A stretch of DNA of 64,000 bases from an uncultured Verrucomicrobiae bacterium (GTDB taxonomy: Bacteria; Verrucomicrobiota; Verrucomicrobiia; Chthoniobacterales; UBA10450), in assembly GCA_963815455.1 (NCBI GenBank), contig CAWFGO010000001.1, positions 1,056,001 to 1,120,000 on the forward strand, given 5' to 3'. Positions 29,548-39,556 of this stretch are shown piece by piece. Under the pieces are notes generated by a model that was not told the DNA's origin, did no database searches, and saw only the letters and a program-made list of their open reading frames with translations. A program made the translations under genes and the position numbers. Within the stretch, counting starts at the first letter, position 1, and each line of letters opens with the position of its first letter.

Positions 29548-30962
29548 TGGGCGGCACAACGCGGATGGAAAAGGATTCGATGGGCGAGATGTCCATCCCG
29601 GCCTCGGCCCTTTACGGCGCTTCCACCCAACGCGCGGTGCTAAACTTTCCGGTGAGCGGTTATCGGTTTGCCCGGCCGTTCATTCGCGCGCTCGGTTTAA
29701 TCAAATGGGCGGCCGCGCAGGCCAATCACGATCTCGGCCTGCTCGATGCGGAACGCTCGGCCTTGATCGTGCAAGCCGCCGAAGAAGTAGTCGATGGCAA
29801 GTTGGACGAGCATTTCCCGCTCGATATTTTCCAGACCGGCTCGGGCACGAGCACGAACACGAATGCAAACGAAGTGATCGCGAATCGCTGCGCCCAACTG
29901 GCGGGCAGACCGATCGGTTCCCGCGAGCTTGTGCACCCGAACGATCACGTCAACATGGGCCAATCCAGCAACGACGTGATCCCCTCGGCCATTCACATCA
30001 GCGCCGCCGAACAATTGAAGGACTGCCTGGTTCCGGCGCTGGCGAAATTGCACGGCGCACTTGAAGCGAAGGCGAAAGAATTTTGGGAGATCATTAAGAT
30101 TGGCCGAACCCATTTGATGGATGCAACCCCGGTGCGGCTGGGCCAGGAATTTTCCGGTTACGCGCAGCAGGTTGCTTATGCGAAGGCGCGTGCGGAAAGA
30201 GCCACGGATGTTTTGCGCGAGCTGGCTTTGGGCGGGACGGCCGTGGGCACGGGCCTGAACCGGCATGTCGATCTTCCCGGGAAAATCATGCGGCATCTCG
30301 AGCAGCGCACCGGGATCGCATTTTACGAAGCGCAAAATCATTTCGAAGCGCAGGGCAGCAAGGACGCAGTGGTGGAAGCGAGTGGCCAGCTCAAAACGAT
30401 CGCGGTCAGTTTATTCAAGATTGCCAATGATATTCGCTGGCTCGGGAGCGGCCCGCGATGCGGGATTGGCGAAATTCAGTTACCGGCCACGCAACCGGGC
30501 AGCTCGATTATGCCGGGGAAGGTCAATCCGGTCTTGTGCGAATCGCTGATGATGGTGTGCGCGGAAGTGATCGGGAACGACGCGACGATTACCTGGGCGG
30601 GCGCGAATGGAAATTTCGAGCTCAATGTCATGATGCCGGTCATGGCCCACGATCTCCTCGAATCGATCCGGCTCCTGGCCAACGTGTGTGATGCATTCCG
30701 CGAAAAATGCGTGACCGGCATCGTGGCTAACAAGAAGCGGTGCGAAGAACTGGTGGAACTGTCGATGGCCATGGTCACGAGTCTCGCCCCAAAAATCGGC
30801 TACGATCGCGCGGCAGAAATCGCCAAGGAAAGCGCGAGGACCGGCAAGACGGTACGGCAAATTTGCCGGGAGAAGAAAGTGTTGCCCGAAGCGGAGCTCG
30901 ATCGCGCGCTCGATCCGGTCGCCATGACCGAACCGGGCGGCGAAGGCGCCGCCGGGGGATGA
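29547..30962 (+). CDS. fumC: Class II fumarate hydratase
   Basis: QTGSGTSTN, HPNDHVN, GRTHLMDATP and GSSIMPGKVNP motifs. Confidence 0.97.
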   Translation: MGGTTRMEKDSMGEMSIPASALYGASTQRAVLNFPVSGYRFARPFIRALGLIKWAAAQANHDLGLLDAERSALIVQAAEEVVDGKLDEHFPLDIFQTGSGTSTNTNANEVIANRCAQLAGRPIGSRELVHPNDHVNMGQSSNDVIPSAIHISAAEQLKDCLVPALAKLHGALEAKAKEFWEIIKIGRTHLMDATPVRLGQEFSGYAQQVAYAKARAERATDVLRELALGGTAVGTGLNRHVDLPGKIMRHLEQRTGIAFYEAQNHFEAQGSKDAVVEASGQLKTIAVSLFKIANDIRWLGSGPRCGIGEIQLPATQPGSSIMPGKVNPVLCESLMMVCAEVIGNDATITWAGANGNFELNVMMPVMAHDLLESIRLLANVCDAFREKCVTGIVANKKRCEELVELSMAMVTSLAPKIGYDRAAEIAKESARTGKTVRQICREKKVLPEAELDRALDPVAMTEPGGEGAAGG

Positions 30963-31008
30963 AGCAATTTTCGCCTTGGCATCCTGAGCGAAGCGAAGGA
31001 CCTCGCTA

Positions 31009-31503
31009 ATGCAAAAGCTTGTCGTTAGTCTGAGCGGTCTAATCGTCGCGGCGAGCTGGCTTTTCGCGGCCGACAAGCAAATCGATGTTTCGCAAATCAT
31101 CGACCAAGCCACGGCCGAATCAGTCCTGGATACAAAAGTAAAAACGGCGACACCGCGAAATTTCCGGGGCAGCGATGGTTATTATTCAAAGTGCAATTAT
31201 TACGGCCTGACTCCCGGAAAAACGCTCGTCCTTCGTCTCTATCAGGCGGCAGACGGTTACGATCCGCTGGAACAACTCAACGTGATCACAAAGAGTACTC
31301 CGGCCCTGATCGAGATTCTGGGACTCGGTGACAAAGCCTTTGCCACAGATGGAACGGCCAGCGGTTTATCGAACAGCGCGGTAATGCTTTACATCCTCAA
31401 AGGCAATTCGCTCATCACAATCGGTCTAAGCGGTGTCGAGGATAAGACCGCGGCCTTGGAAAAAGCAAAAGGCGTCGCTGCAAGAATCGTGGGCCAACTT
31501 TAG
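31009..31503 (+). CDS. Hypothetical exported protein
   Basis: N-terminal signal-like segment; GLGDKAF motif. Confidence 0.55.
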   Translation: MQKLVVSLSGLIVAASWLFAADKQIDVSQIIDQATAESVLDTKVKTATPRNFRGSDGYYSKCNYYGLTPGKTLVLRLYQAADGYDPLEQLNVITKSTPALIEILGLGDKAFATDGTASGLSNSAVMLYILKGNSLITIGLSGVEDKTAALEKAKGVAARIVGQL

Positions 31504-31531
31504 CGCGCCCGGCGTTCCGCTCCGCGTAACT

Positions 31532-31663
31532 TGTCATCCTGAGCGAAGCGAAGGATCCCGCGGGAAGAGATAACATTCGCAAACGACGAAGCGCGCGCGG
31601 ATTCAAGGTTGCTCGGCGCGTTGCCCCGCGATTGTGAGATCCCTCGCTTCGCTCGGGATGACA
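31532..31663. repeat. Family A palindrome
   Basis: TGTCATCCTGAGCGAAGCGAAGGATC...GATCCCTCGCTTCGCTCGGGATGACA. Confidence 0.85.
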
Positions 31664-31727
31664 GTGCAAGCGAGGAAGCATCAACTGCCAGTTAGCGAAT
31701 CCCGCCTCACGCTGCTAAGATCGACAA

Positions 31728-32105
31728 ATGGTTGCCAAACTCGAAGGTCCGCAATTTTCCGGTGGCGCGAATATCGCCATCAAATGTCCCAGCCACACTT
31801 ACGAGCAAACGATCGCGTTTTATCGCGACACGCTTGGACTGCCCTTGGTCGAGGAAGAAGCGGATGGCTGCATATTTCAGTTCGGCCCGAACCGGCTTTG
31901 GATCGACAAAGTGCCGTATCTGAGCCACCCGGACATCTGGCTGGAACTGGAAACGAACGATACCGAAGCCGCGGCCTCGTTTTTGAAAGTGCACGGCGTC
32001 ACCCGGCGCGACGAAGTCGAGCAATTGCGCGAAGATTTCAACGGCTTCTTCATTGCCGATCCATCCGGCGTGGTCCATCTCGTCGTCGGCCCCGAGGAAG
32101 CCTGA
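31728..32105 (+). CDS. VOC/glyoxalase-fold protein
   Basis: TIAFYRDTLGL...FFIADPSG. Confidence 0.8.
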   Translation: MVAKLEGPQFSGGANIAIKCPSHTYEQTIAFYRDTLGLPLVEEEADGCIFQFGPNRLWIDKVPYLSHPDIWLELETNDTEAAASFLKVHGVTRRDEVEQLREDFNGFFIADPSGVVHLVVGPEEA

Positions 32106-32124
32106 CAAACTTGGATTTTCGATC

Positions 32125-32652
32125 CTAAACCCGGCGACCCATGATGGTGAGGTCGCGCTCGACCCCGTCGAGGCGAGCCACTCCCGGCAACAAGCCCCAG
32201 CGCTCGAACCCGAGGCGCTCGAACAATCGCAAGCTCGGTTCGTTGTGGGCGAAGATGAGGCCGACCATCGCGGAGATTTCCAGAGAAGGCGCGCGGCCAA
32301 TGGCCTCCTCCAATAATGCCCGGGCAATCCCGCGCCGCTGAAATTTTTCATCGACATAGACGCTCAACTCCACCGTGCCTGCATAGGCGCACCGGGGCAG
32401 AAAACTCTTGAAATTCAGCCAGCCGGCAACCCGACCATCGACCTCGGCGACCCAAAACGGATGGCAATCCGGCGTATGTTCGCCCAACCAGTCGCGCCGG
32501 CTTTCCACCGTAATCCGATCGAGCTGGGCCGTAGCCGTCCGGGTGGCAATGCCCGCGTTGTAGATCTCGATAATTGCCGGCAAATCCGCGTCGGTCGCAT
32601 CGCGAATCGTCGTTGTAGCCGCGGGCGCTGACCGCGGCCTCTCACTCGTCAT
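32125..32652 (-). CDS. GNAT acetyltransferase (phosphinothricin acetyltransferase-like)
   Basis: IRDATDADLPAIIEIYN, ELSVYV, RRGIARAL and NEPSLRLF motifs. Confidence 0.88.
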   Translation of the reverse strand: MTSERPRSAPAATTTIRDATDADLPAIIEIYNAGIATRTATAQLDRITVESRRDWLGEHTPDCHPFWVAEVDGRVAGWLNFKSFLPRCAYAGTVELSVYVDEKFQRRGIARALLEEAIGRAPSLEISAMVGLIFAHNEPSLRLFERLGFERWGLLPGVARLDGVERDLTIMGRRV

Positions 32653-32657
32653 AGAAT

Positions 32658-33512
32658 TCACCCTGTCTGCAGAAGCGCGTTCTCGAACGTCGGCTGGAAC
32701 GCGCCGCGGATGGTGTCGCCGATCCGAAATCGCGGGCTGAGCACCGACTGGGTGGCGCAATAAATCTCGATGTCGATCTTGCCGGCTTTTTCCAATTGTC
32801 CCCGCACCGCCTCAAAAGCGAGCGCGGGCGTGTTGCAATCGCGGCTAAGGTGGCCCAGCACGACCCGCTCGATCTTTCCCGGAAGCAATTGCTCGATCAC
32901 GCTCGCGGCCGCGGTATTGGAAAGATGACCGTGCCGCGATTGAATCCGCTGCTTCACCGGCCAGGGCCGATGTTTGTCGTTCTGCAAAAGTTTTTCGTCG
33001 TGATTGGTTTCGATCACAATCGTGCCCACCTCGCGCAATCGTTCCACGATCATCTTGGTGGCATAACCAAGATCGGTAATGAACCCGAGGCTGCCCGAGC
33101 CGGCATGGAATGCGAATCCCACCGGATCGACCGCGTCGTGAGGAACAGGAAAACTTTGCACCGCGATATCGCAAATCGAGAAATCCGAGCCGGTGCGAAA
33201 AATCCGCCAGTTCCGATGTCGATCCAGACCCGCGGAAGCCGGGCTGTTCCGGACCGCTTCCGCGGTTAGCGCGTTGCAATAGATCGGCACGGAAAACTTC
33301 CGGCCAAGCACTTCGAGCCCGCAGACGTGGTCCCCGTGCTCGTGGGTGAGAAGGACACCATCGAGCTGCTCCGGAGCGACGCCGCATTGATCGAGGCGCA
33401 ACACGATCTGACGCGCGCTCAGCCCGCCATCGATCAAGATCTTGCAGTGCTCGGTTGCGACCAGGGCGCTGTTTCCCGCGCTGCCGCTGCCGAGCATGGT
33501 CAAGCTGAACAC
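32658..33512 (-). CDS. MBL-fold metallo-hydrolase (YycJ/WalJ-like)
   Basis: GSGSAGN, THEHGDH, PHDA, TDLG, GHLSN and HLSRDCN motifs. Confidence 0.9.
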   Translation of the reverse strand: MFSLTMLGSGSAGNSALVATEHCKILIDGGLSARQIVLRLDQCGVAPEQLDGVLLTHEHGDHVCGLEVLGRKFSVPIYCNALTAEAVRNSPASAGLDRHRNWRIFRTGSDFSICDIAVQSFPVPHDAVDPVGFAFHAGSGSLGFITDLGYATKMIVERLREVGTIVIETNHDEKLLQNDKHRPWPVKQRIQSRHGHLSNTAAASVIEQLLPGKIERVVLGHLSRDCNTPALAFEAVRGQLEKAGKIDIEIYCATQSVLSPRFRIGDTIRGAFQPTFENALLQTG

Positions 33513-33742
33513 TGTTCTAATTAGAGAAGGCGCGCGTTTTTAAGCAAATGGAATTTGAATCAGGAACGCAGGAATCAGATTGGGAAAAGGATTTCTTGGA
33601 CGGTCTCTCGATCCTCGGAGTCTTTTTCCTCTTTTCCTGCTTTCCTGATTAGTTTTCCTTCCTGGCTTCCCGATTGTTTCTTCCAATATTGGGAGATTTT
33701 TTCGCCCGTTCGATCTTGGCTCAGGACGAGTTTTTGCTCAGA

Positions 33743-34456
33743 ATGACAAATGTCGTGAGCCCGCTCGAGGAACGAATTGGTTACAAATTTCGCAACCCGT
33801 TGTTGCTGGCGGAGGCGCTTACTCATCCCAGTCTCGGGCATGAGACCCAGCGGTATCATTTTGATAATCAGCGCCTGGAGTTTCTGGGGGATGCCGTTCT
33901 GCAACTGGTGATAACCGAATATCTCTACGGCCATTTCAGCGGCGAAGCCGAAGGCCGGCTAACCAAATTACGGTCGCGTTTGGTTTCGCGCGACACATTG
34001 AAGACGCATGCCGCCGCGCTCGATTTAGGAAGTTTTCTCTTGATGGGGCGCGGGGAAGAATCGAGCGGTGGCCGGGAGCGGGCCTCGACATTGGCCGATG
34101 GGTTCGAAGCGTTGATTGGCGCGATCTATCTCGACAGCGACCTGGACACGGCGAAGAAGTTTATTCTCGATCAAGCCCGGGCCGATCTCGACCAGATCGC
34201 GGAGGAGCCGGTCGACATTAATCCCAAGGGACATTTGCAGGAATTATTGCAAAGCATTTCGCCGCAAAGTCCGGTTTACGAATTGATCTCGCAAACCGGC
34301 CCGGAGCACGAAAAGACATTTATCTCACGCGTGACCTGGGAGGGAATAGTCCTTGGCCAGGGCAGCGGCCGGAGCAAGAAACAGGCGGAAACGGCCGCGG
34401 CGGTCGAAGCGATGGAGTTAAAGCGTTGGGAAAAAACCGGCCGGCCGGATCAGTAA
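33743..34456 (+). CDS. rnc: Ribonuclease III
   Basis: NQRLEFLGDAVL signature and a C-terminal dsRBD. Confidence 0.96.
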   Translation: MTNVVSPLEERIGYKFRNPLLLAEALTHPSLGHETQRYHFDNQRLEFLGDAVLQLVITEYLYGHFSGEAEGRLTKLRSRLVSRDTLKTHAAALDLGSFLLMGRGEESSGGRERASTLADGFEALIGAIYLDSDLDTAKKFILDQARADLDQIAEEPVDINPKGHLQELLQSISPQSPVYELISQTGPEHEKTFISRVTWEGIVLGQGSGRSKKQAETAAAVEAMELKRWEKTGRPDQ

Positions 34457-34638
34457 ATCTGGAGAGACATCACGACCGGGCAGGGCGCGAGTTTGTAACG
34501 CGCGCGGCAGGGATCTGGTGACCGAATGCCAGTTCTGTCATCCCGAGCGGAGCGAGGGACCTCACAGTCGCACGTCACCGATCCAAGCCTTTCTGAAAGC
34601 TGGGTCGCATGGTTGCTTGCGCCACAATCAGCTGATTT

Positions 34639-35463
34639 TTATTCGGCGCGCGATAAATGGTTGAGGGCGTCGAGCGTCTTCCCGGCGGACGATGTCCACC
34701 GGAAATGCCGTTGTATGGACGATGTGACAAATTTCTTGGCACGACCGACGGCGTCTTCGAGAGTCAACCCGGAAGCCAGCCCGGCCGTAATCGCCGCGGA
34801 ATAAGTGCAGCCGGTGCCGTGGGTCGCCACGCCGGGAACAAACGGCTCGGTGAATTCGGTCAGCTTACCATTCGCAAAAAGCAGATCGGTCGCGTCGTTA
34901 CCCGCCAGATGTCCGCCCTTGAGCAGGATCGACACACGATATTTCCGCGCCAAATCGCGGGCGGCTTTCTCCATCGATTGTCGATCATTGATTTTCCGGC
35001 GGAGAAGTTTGCCGGCTTCATCGAGGTTTGGTGTGATCAGCGTGGCTAACGGAAACAATTTTGATTCGTAAATCTTGATCGCGGCTGGCTTCAAAAGAAC
35101 GTCGCCGCTGGTTGCAATCATTACCGGATCGATCACCAGCGAAACGCCTTGCTTCGTCCGGGCAAGATCGACAATCGCCGCCGCAACCACTTTGACAATT
35201 TCAGCCGAGCAAAGTAGGCCGGTCTTGATCGCGGCGATCGGAAAATTCTTCGCGAGCACATCGATTTGCTCACGCACAATCTTCGCGCGGACCGGCTCGA
35301 TCCGGGCAACTTTTCCCGGTGTCTCCGCGACCACACAGGTCACGGCCGTCAATCCGTAAACGCCCAGCGCGCTGAATGTTTTCAAGTCCGCTTGCAGGCC
35401 CGCGCCGGCGCTGCTGTCCGATCCGGCGATCGTGAGTGCGACCGGGATTTCGGGATTCGGCAT
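34639..35463 (-). CDS. thiD: Hydroxymethylpyrimidine/phosphomethylpyrimidine kinase
   Basis: TIAGSDSSAGAGLQADLK, DPVM, TPNLDE and HGTGCT motifs. Confidence 0.95.
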   Translation of the reverse strand: MPNPEIPVALTIAGSDSSAGAGLQADLKTFSALGVYGLTAVTCVVAETPGKVARIEPVRAKIVREQIDVLAKNFPIAAIKTGLLCSAEIVKVVAAAIVDLARTKQGVSLVIDPVMIATSGDVLLKPAAIKIYESKLFPLATLITPNLDEAGKLLRRKINDRQSMEKAARDLARKYRVSILLKGGHLAGNDATDLLFANGKLTEFTEPFVPGVATHGTGCTYSAAITAGLASGLTLEDAVGRAKKFVTSSIQRHFRWTSSAGKTLDALNHLSRAE

Positions 35464-35501
35464 CGAAGGGGGCCCCGAAAGCATCCGGGGCTGCTACGAA
35501 A

Positions 35502-35735
35502 CTAAGCGCCGTCGCTGCCGATGGCTTCGACGGGGCAACCTTCCATCGCTTCTTTGCAGAGAGCTTCTTCCTCGGGGGTCTCCGCTTGCTTGTAAACGTA
35601 GGAATGGCCGCCATCGTCATTACGTTTAAAATTGGCCGGCGCGGTCTCGCGACAGAGATCACAATCGATGCATTGATCATCGACATAAAATTTTCCCGCT
35701 ACGTTTTCGGCGTATTTGTTTGCAGCATCAGCCAT
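35502..35735 (-). CDS. Ferredoxin
   Basis: CIDCDLC...CPVEAI. Confidence 0.92.
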   Translation of the reverse strand: MADAANKYAENVAGKFYVDDQCIDCDLCRETAPANFKRNDDGGHSYVYKQAETPEEEALCKEAMEGCPVEAIGSDGA

Positions 35736-35863
35736 GGTTTGCCCCGGTCAAAAGCGAAGTGGAACGTTAGGAAGAAATGCCTCCCAGGCAATAGAATTTG
35801 CACGTTGACGATTCCCAACGCAACCGGCAGAGAGAGGCTGAACGAATTGAACTCGAACGGTAG

Positions 35864-36109
35864 ATGAAAAAGGAAGCGCTCAAAACATTTCGAGCATTTG
35901 CGATTGAGCTGGTGGTCTACGCCGTTCTGGTAGTGGCTTATTTCTTTCTGGTGCTCCATTTGCTAGGCGGCTGGCTCCACCGCCTGCAAGGCGAACACCG
36001 GTATTTTTATGCCACTGTCGCGATCCTGCTGATCATTGGTCAGGCCGTGGTCTTGGAAAGCGTCACAACCTTTCTGATGCGTCTTCTACGGGGCGGCCGT
36101 TCGGAGTAA
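35864..36109 (+). CDS. Small two-TM hypothetical protein
   Basis: Two hydrophobic segments; first gene of a tightly spaced run. Confidence 0.6.
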   Translation: MKKEALKTFRAFAIELVVYAVLVVAYFFLVLHLLGGWLHRLQGEHRYFYATVAILLIIGQAVVLESVTTFLMRLLRGGRSE

Positions 36110-36113
36110 GCCG

Positions 36114-37016
36114 ATGTTTTTCCCAATCTCTCACTCCCATATCAGTCCAGTTTATCTGGTCATTGTCGGGTTTCTAATTGGGATAATGGGCGGGTTCTTC
36201 GGCGTGGGTGGCAGCTTCATTGCCGGTCCGGCTTTGCGCGCCGTCGGATTGGACTGGAATTTCGCGGTGGGGACCGATCTCGCCCATATCGTCGGCAAAT
36301 CGGTGGTGGCGGCGAAACGGCATCGGGCGCTTGGCAATGTCGATCTTAAACTCGGATTGATCATGGCCCTCGGAACGATCGGCGGGGCCGAAGCCGGCGC
36401 GCAGGTGATTCAAGCCCTGAAACGCGCCGGGAACGTCAATCTGGTCGTAAGCATCGTCTCGATTGTAGTCTACGTGAGTATTTCGTTCTTCATGTTTTGG
36501 GAGAGCAGGAAAACTTTGGCTTCACGAAAAGGGAAGAAAGCATCGACCAAGGATCATTCCGCGTTAAAGCCGATGACGCGGGCGATTCAACGCCTGAACA
36601 TCGGGCCCATGGTTTCGCTGCCCGTTTCGGGAATCAAAGGCATTTCCCTTTGGGTCATACTCGTAGTTTCCTTTGTCGGTGGATTGTTCAGCGGTTTCCT
36701 GGGGGGCGGCGCGGGATACATTCGGATGCCGTTGATGGTTTACGTGCTCGGGATTCCCACCCATCTGGCGGTCGGCACGGATCTGTTTGAAATCATTATC
36801 TCAGCCAGCTACGGAACCTTCAGCCACGCCGTCAAAGGCAACGTCGATATCCTGATTGCGCTGGTGATGAATACCGGCGCGGCCATAGGCGCGCAGATCG
36901 GCGCGATCTCGACCCAGTATTTTACCGGGCCGAAAATTCGGCTGGCTTTCGTCCCGCTGCCAATGATCGGGGCAGCCATTGTCATTTACACCCTGGTTTC
37001 CGGCCACAAACTGTAA
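36114..37016 (+). CDS. TauE/SafE family permease
   Basis: Duplicated GFFGVGG/GFLGGGAG and AVGTDL motifs. Confidence 0.9.
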   Translation: MFFPISHSHISPVYLVIVGFLIGIMGGFFGVGGSFIAGPALRAVGLDWNFAVGTDLAHIVGKSVVAAKRHRALGNVDLKLGLIMALGTIGGAEAGAQVIQALKRAGNVNLVVSIVSIVVYVSISFFMFWESRKTLASRKGKKASTKDHSALKPMTRAIQRLNIGPMVSLPVSGIKGISLWVILVVSFVGGLFSGFLGGGAGYIRMPLMVYVLGIPTHLAVGTDLFEIIISASYGTFSHAVKGNVDILIALVMNTGAAIGAQIGAISTQYFTGPKIRLAFVPLPMIGAAIVIYTLVSGHKL

Positions 37017-37024
37017 TTCATCCA

Positions 37025-37909
37025 ATGAAGATTCTGATCTGCAGCGATGGAACGTCCACCGCCGAAAGCGCTATCCGGCTCGGGGAATCGCTGGCTGCGC
37101 CGCTCCGGGCCGAAACCATGCTCCTGGGCATTGCTGAAACCGCAGATGATGAGGCCCAGCTGCGCGAGACCCTCGAAAAACAATCGGCATCTTTACGGGG
37201 AAGCGGCGTCGCATTCCAAACGGTTGTGCAGTCCGGCGAACCCGTTCGACAAATTGTCGATCAAACATCGAAAACGAATTTCGATCTCGTGGTCATCGGC
37301 GCGCGATGGACTGGCGCGAGCGGGCCCTACTGGCGCTCGGCTAAGACCTACGACGTAATCAAATCGATCGTGCCGCCGGTATTGGTCGCGATTGGCGAAC
37401 AGAAACAACTGAAACGTTTTCTCGTCTGCACCGGTGGAAAAGAATTTATCGGGCAGGCGGTGCAACTCACCGGAAGACTCGCGGCTGCGGTTGGCGCCTC
37501 GGTCACATTACTTCACGTCATGGCCGAGCCGCCGGCCATGTATGCAGATCTCGTGGACATGGAGGAAGATGTCGAGCAACTCCTCGGATCGACATCGGAG
37601 CTGGGAATGAATTTGAGCCAGCAAAAAAAGGAACTCGAACGCCTGGGCGTGAAGGCAGAGGTCCGTCTTCGGCACGGCATCGTGATCGACCAGGTTTTCG
37701 AAGAAGCACTCCAGGGCGACTACAGTTTGATCGTAACCGGCACATCGCACGCGCGCGGCTTGGTCGGACATTATATCATGGGCGATCTTACCCGCAGCAT
37801 CTTGAACCGGGCGCATTGCCCCGTTCTGGTGGCGCGCCCGGGGAAAGCGAAAAGCGGACGCACTCTTTTCGGCGCGTTCCGGCAACTATTCGGTCCACGG
37901 ACCACGTAG
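37025..37909 (+). CDS. Universal stress protein with tandem USP domains
   Basis: KILICSDG, DLVVIGA and HCPVLV motifs. Confidence 0.88.
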   Translation: MKILICSDGTSTAESAIRLGESLAAPLRAETMLLGIAETADDEAQLRETLEKQSASLRGSGVAFQTVVQSGEPVRQIVDQTSKTNFDLVVIGARWTGASGPYWRSAKTYDVIKSIVPPVLVAIGEQKQLKRFLVCTGGKEFIGQAVQLTGRLAAAVGASVTLLHVMAEPPAMYADLVDMEEDVEQLLGSTSELGMNLSQQKKELERLGVKAEVRLRHGIVIDQVFEEALQGDYSLIVTGTSHARGLVGHYIMGDLTRSILNRAHCPVLVARPGKAKSGRTLFGAFRQLFGPRTT

Positions 37910-37953
37910 AGCGGCGCTTGCGCGAGGGTTCGGAGGCGTTATTCTGCGAAACC

Positions 37954-38487
37954 ATGACGAACCAATCTTCCTCCCTCCATCGACATTTTCTCAACTCAAT
38001 CTGGCCGGTTGCGGCGCTTGTCCTGTTCCTCAGCGCAACCGGGTGCGCAAAAAAGGGAGGCGGCCAGGGGGCCGGTTCGACCGGTGACTACGTAAGCGGC
38101 ACGCCACTGCCCGAACGCCGGGAAGGCACCTCGTTTTTCGGCGGCAACGTCGAGCGCGGACAATTCCAGCCGATCTATTTCGATTTCGACAGCCAATCGA
38201 TTCGCGGCTCTGAAACTGGAAAAATTCAGGAAATCGCCGATTCCATTAAAAACGGCGGGACCGAAATTATCATCGCCGGGTTCACCGACGAGCGCGGAAC
38301 GGCCGAATACAATCGCGGCCTGGGCGATCGTCGCGCGGGCGCGGTTCGCGAAGCTTTGATTTCGCAGGGAGCAGACGCCGGCCGAATCCAGACGGTGAGT
38401 TTCGGTATGGAAATGCCCGCCGATTCAGGTCACAGCGAATCGGCCTGGGCAAAAAATCGCCGCGCCGAAGTCGGCGTGATAAAGTAG
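37954..38487 (+). CDS. OmpA/Pal family lipoprotein
   Basis: Lipobox ATGC; IYFDFD, TDERGTAEYNRGLGDRRA and NRRAE motifs. Confidence 0.9.
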   Translation: MTNQSSSLHRHFLNSIWPVAALVLFLSATGCAKKGGGQGAGSTGDYVSGTPLPERREGTSFFGGNVERGQFQPIYFDFDSQSIRGSETGKIQEIADSIKNGGTEIIIAGFTDERGTAEYNRGLGDRRAGAVREALISQGADAGRIQTVSFGMEMPADSGHSESAWAKNRRAEVGVIK

Positions 38488-38594
38488 CGCGATTGTAAAT
38501 CCGAGGGTTGTAGGGCGTCTGTGTCAGACGCCAGTCCAAGTGTCGAGGCGCTTGTGCCGGGGGCCCAGGAGTGCAATCTTTTGCCCGCTCAAAC

Positions 38595-38667
<73 letters not shown>

Positions 38668-38730
38668 CTCTCTTTGCATTCATTGGACGTTAAGCGTTGA
38701 GCGTTGGACGTTGGACGTTTAACGAACGCC

Positions 38731-39426
38731 ATGCCAACGGTCTCGATCATCGTTCCCACTTTCAACGAGGCGGAAAATATCGCGTCGCTGGTGTCGCAGA
38801 TTGTTGCTGCCGGCGTCCCGATTCGGGAGATTCTCTTTGTCGATGGTGGTTCGACCGATGGAACGCTTGATGCCATTCGAGCGGCCGCGACAAATCATCC
38901 GGTCCGGTTGATCGAACAGGATCCCAACGCGCCCGGCCTGGCCGAGGCGATCATGACCGGCGCACATGCTGCCGAAAGCGACATCCTGGTGGTGATGGAT
39001 GCGGATCTCAGCCATCCGCCGGAGCGGATCAAAGATTTGCTCGATCCACTGTTCGCGGACGCGGTCGATATGACCATCGGCAGTCGCTATGTGCCCGGCG
39101 GATCAACACCGGGCTGGCCGCTCTGGCGACGAATAATGTCGCGCGCTGCTTCGGCGCTGGCATATCCACTCACCGGTGTTCGCGATTCAATGTGCGGATT
39201 CTTTGCCATCTCGCGTTCACGATTACTGGCCATCGCGCCGCCCACCAGCGGTTTCAAAATCGTTTTCGAAACCATCGTCCGCGGTGGAAGCGAGTTGCGG
39301 GTGCGCGAAGTTCCAATCGCTTTTCGCGATCGCGCCCGAGGCAAATCGAAAATGTCTTTCGGGGTTGCCCTAAAATTCTTCTTCCGATGGTTGATCGCGA
39401 TATTGCGGCATCCGTTTCGCGGATAA
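38731..39426 (+). CDS. GT2 polyprenol-monophosphomannose synthase-like glycosyltransferase
   Basis: IVPTFNEAENI, MDADLSHPP, GSRY and GKSKM motifs. Confidence 0.9.
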   Translation: MPTVSIIVPTFNEAENIASLVSQIVAAGVPIREILFVDGGSTDGTLDAIRAAATNHPVRLIEQDPNAPGLAEAIMTGAHAAESDILVVMDADLSHPPERIKDLLDPLFADAVDMTIGSRYVPGGSTPGWPLWRRIMSRAASALAYPLTGVRDSMCGFFAISRSRLLAIAPPTSGFKIVFETIVRGGSELRVREVPIAFRDRARGKSKMSFGVALKFFFRWLIAILRHPFRG

Positions 39427-39436
39427 TCGACAACTC

Positions 39437-39529
39437 GTCATCCCGAGCGACGTCGAGGGGTCCCGTTTTGCTACCTTTAAGGTAGCATCGCGAGATCCTT
39501 CGACTTCGCTTCGCTCCGCTCAGGATGAC
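39437..39529. repeat. Family A palindrome
   Basis: GTCATCCCGAGC...GCTCAGGATGAC between convergent genes. Confidence 0.85.
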
Positions 39530-39556
39530 CGGTGGCGGAGACGTGTATTTGGTATT

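Noticed and set aside
33228..33243. CCCGCGGAAGCCGGG as another in-frame mini-element in the MBL hydrolase
   Set aside because: Too short and imperfect to support without an ortholog alignment.
33555..33680. CAGGAA/TTCCTG inverted short repeats upstream of rnc as a structured ncRNA
   Set aside because: Degenerate and low-complexity, with no recognisable RNA family features.
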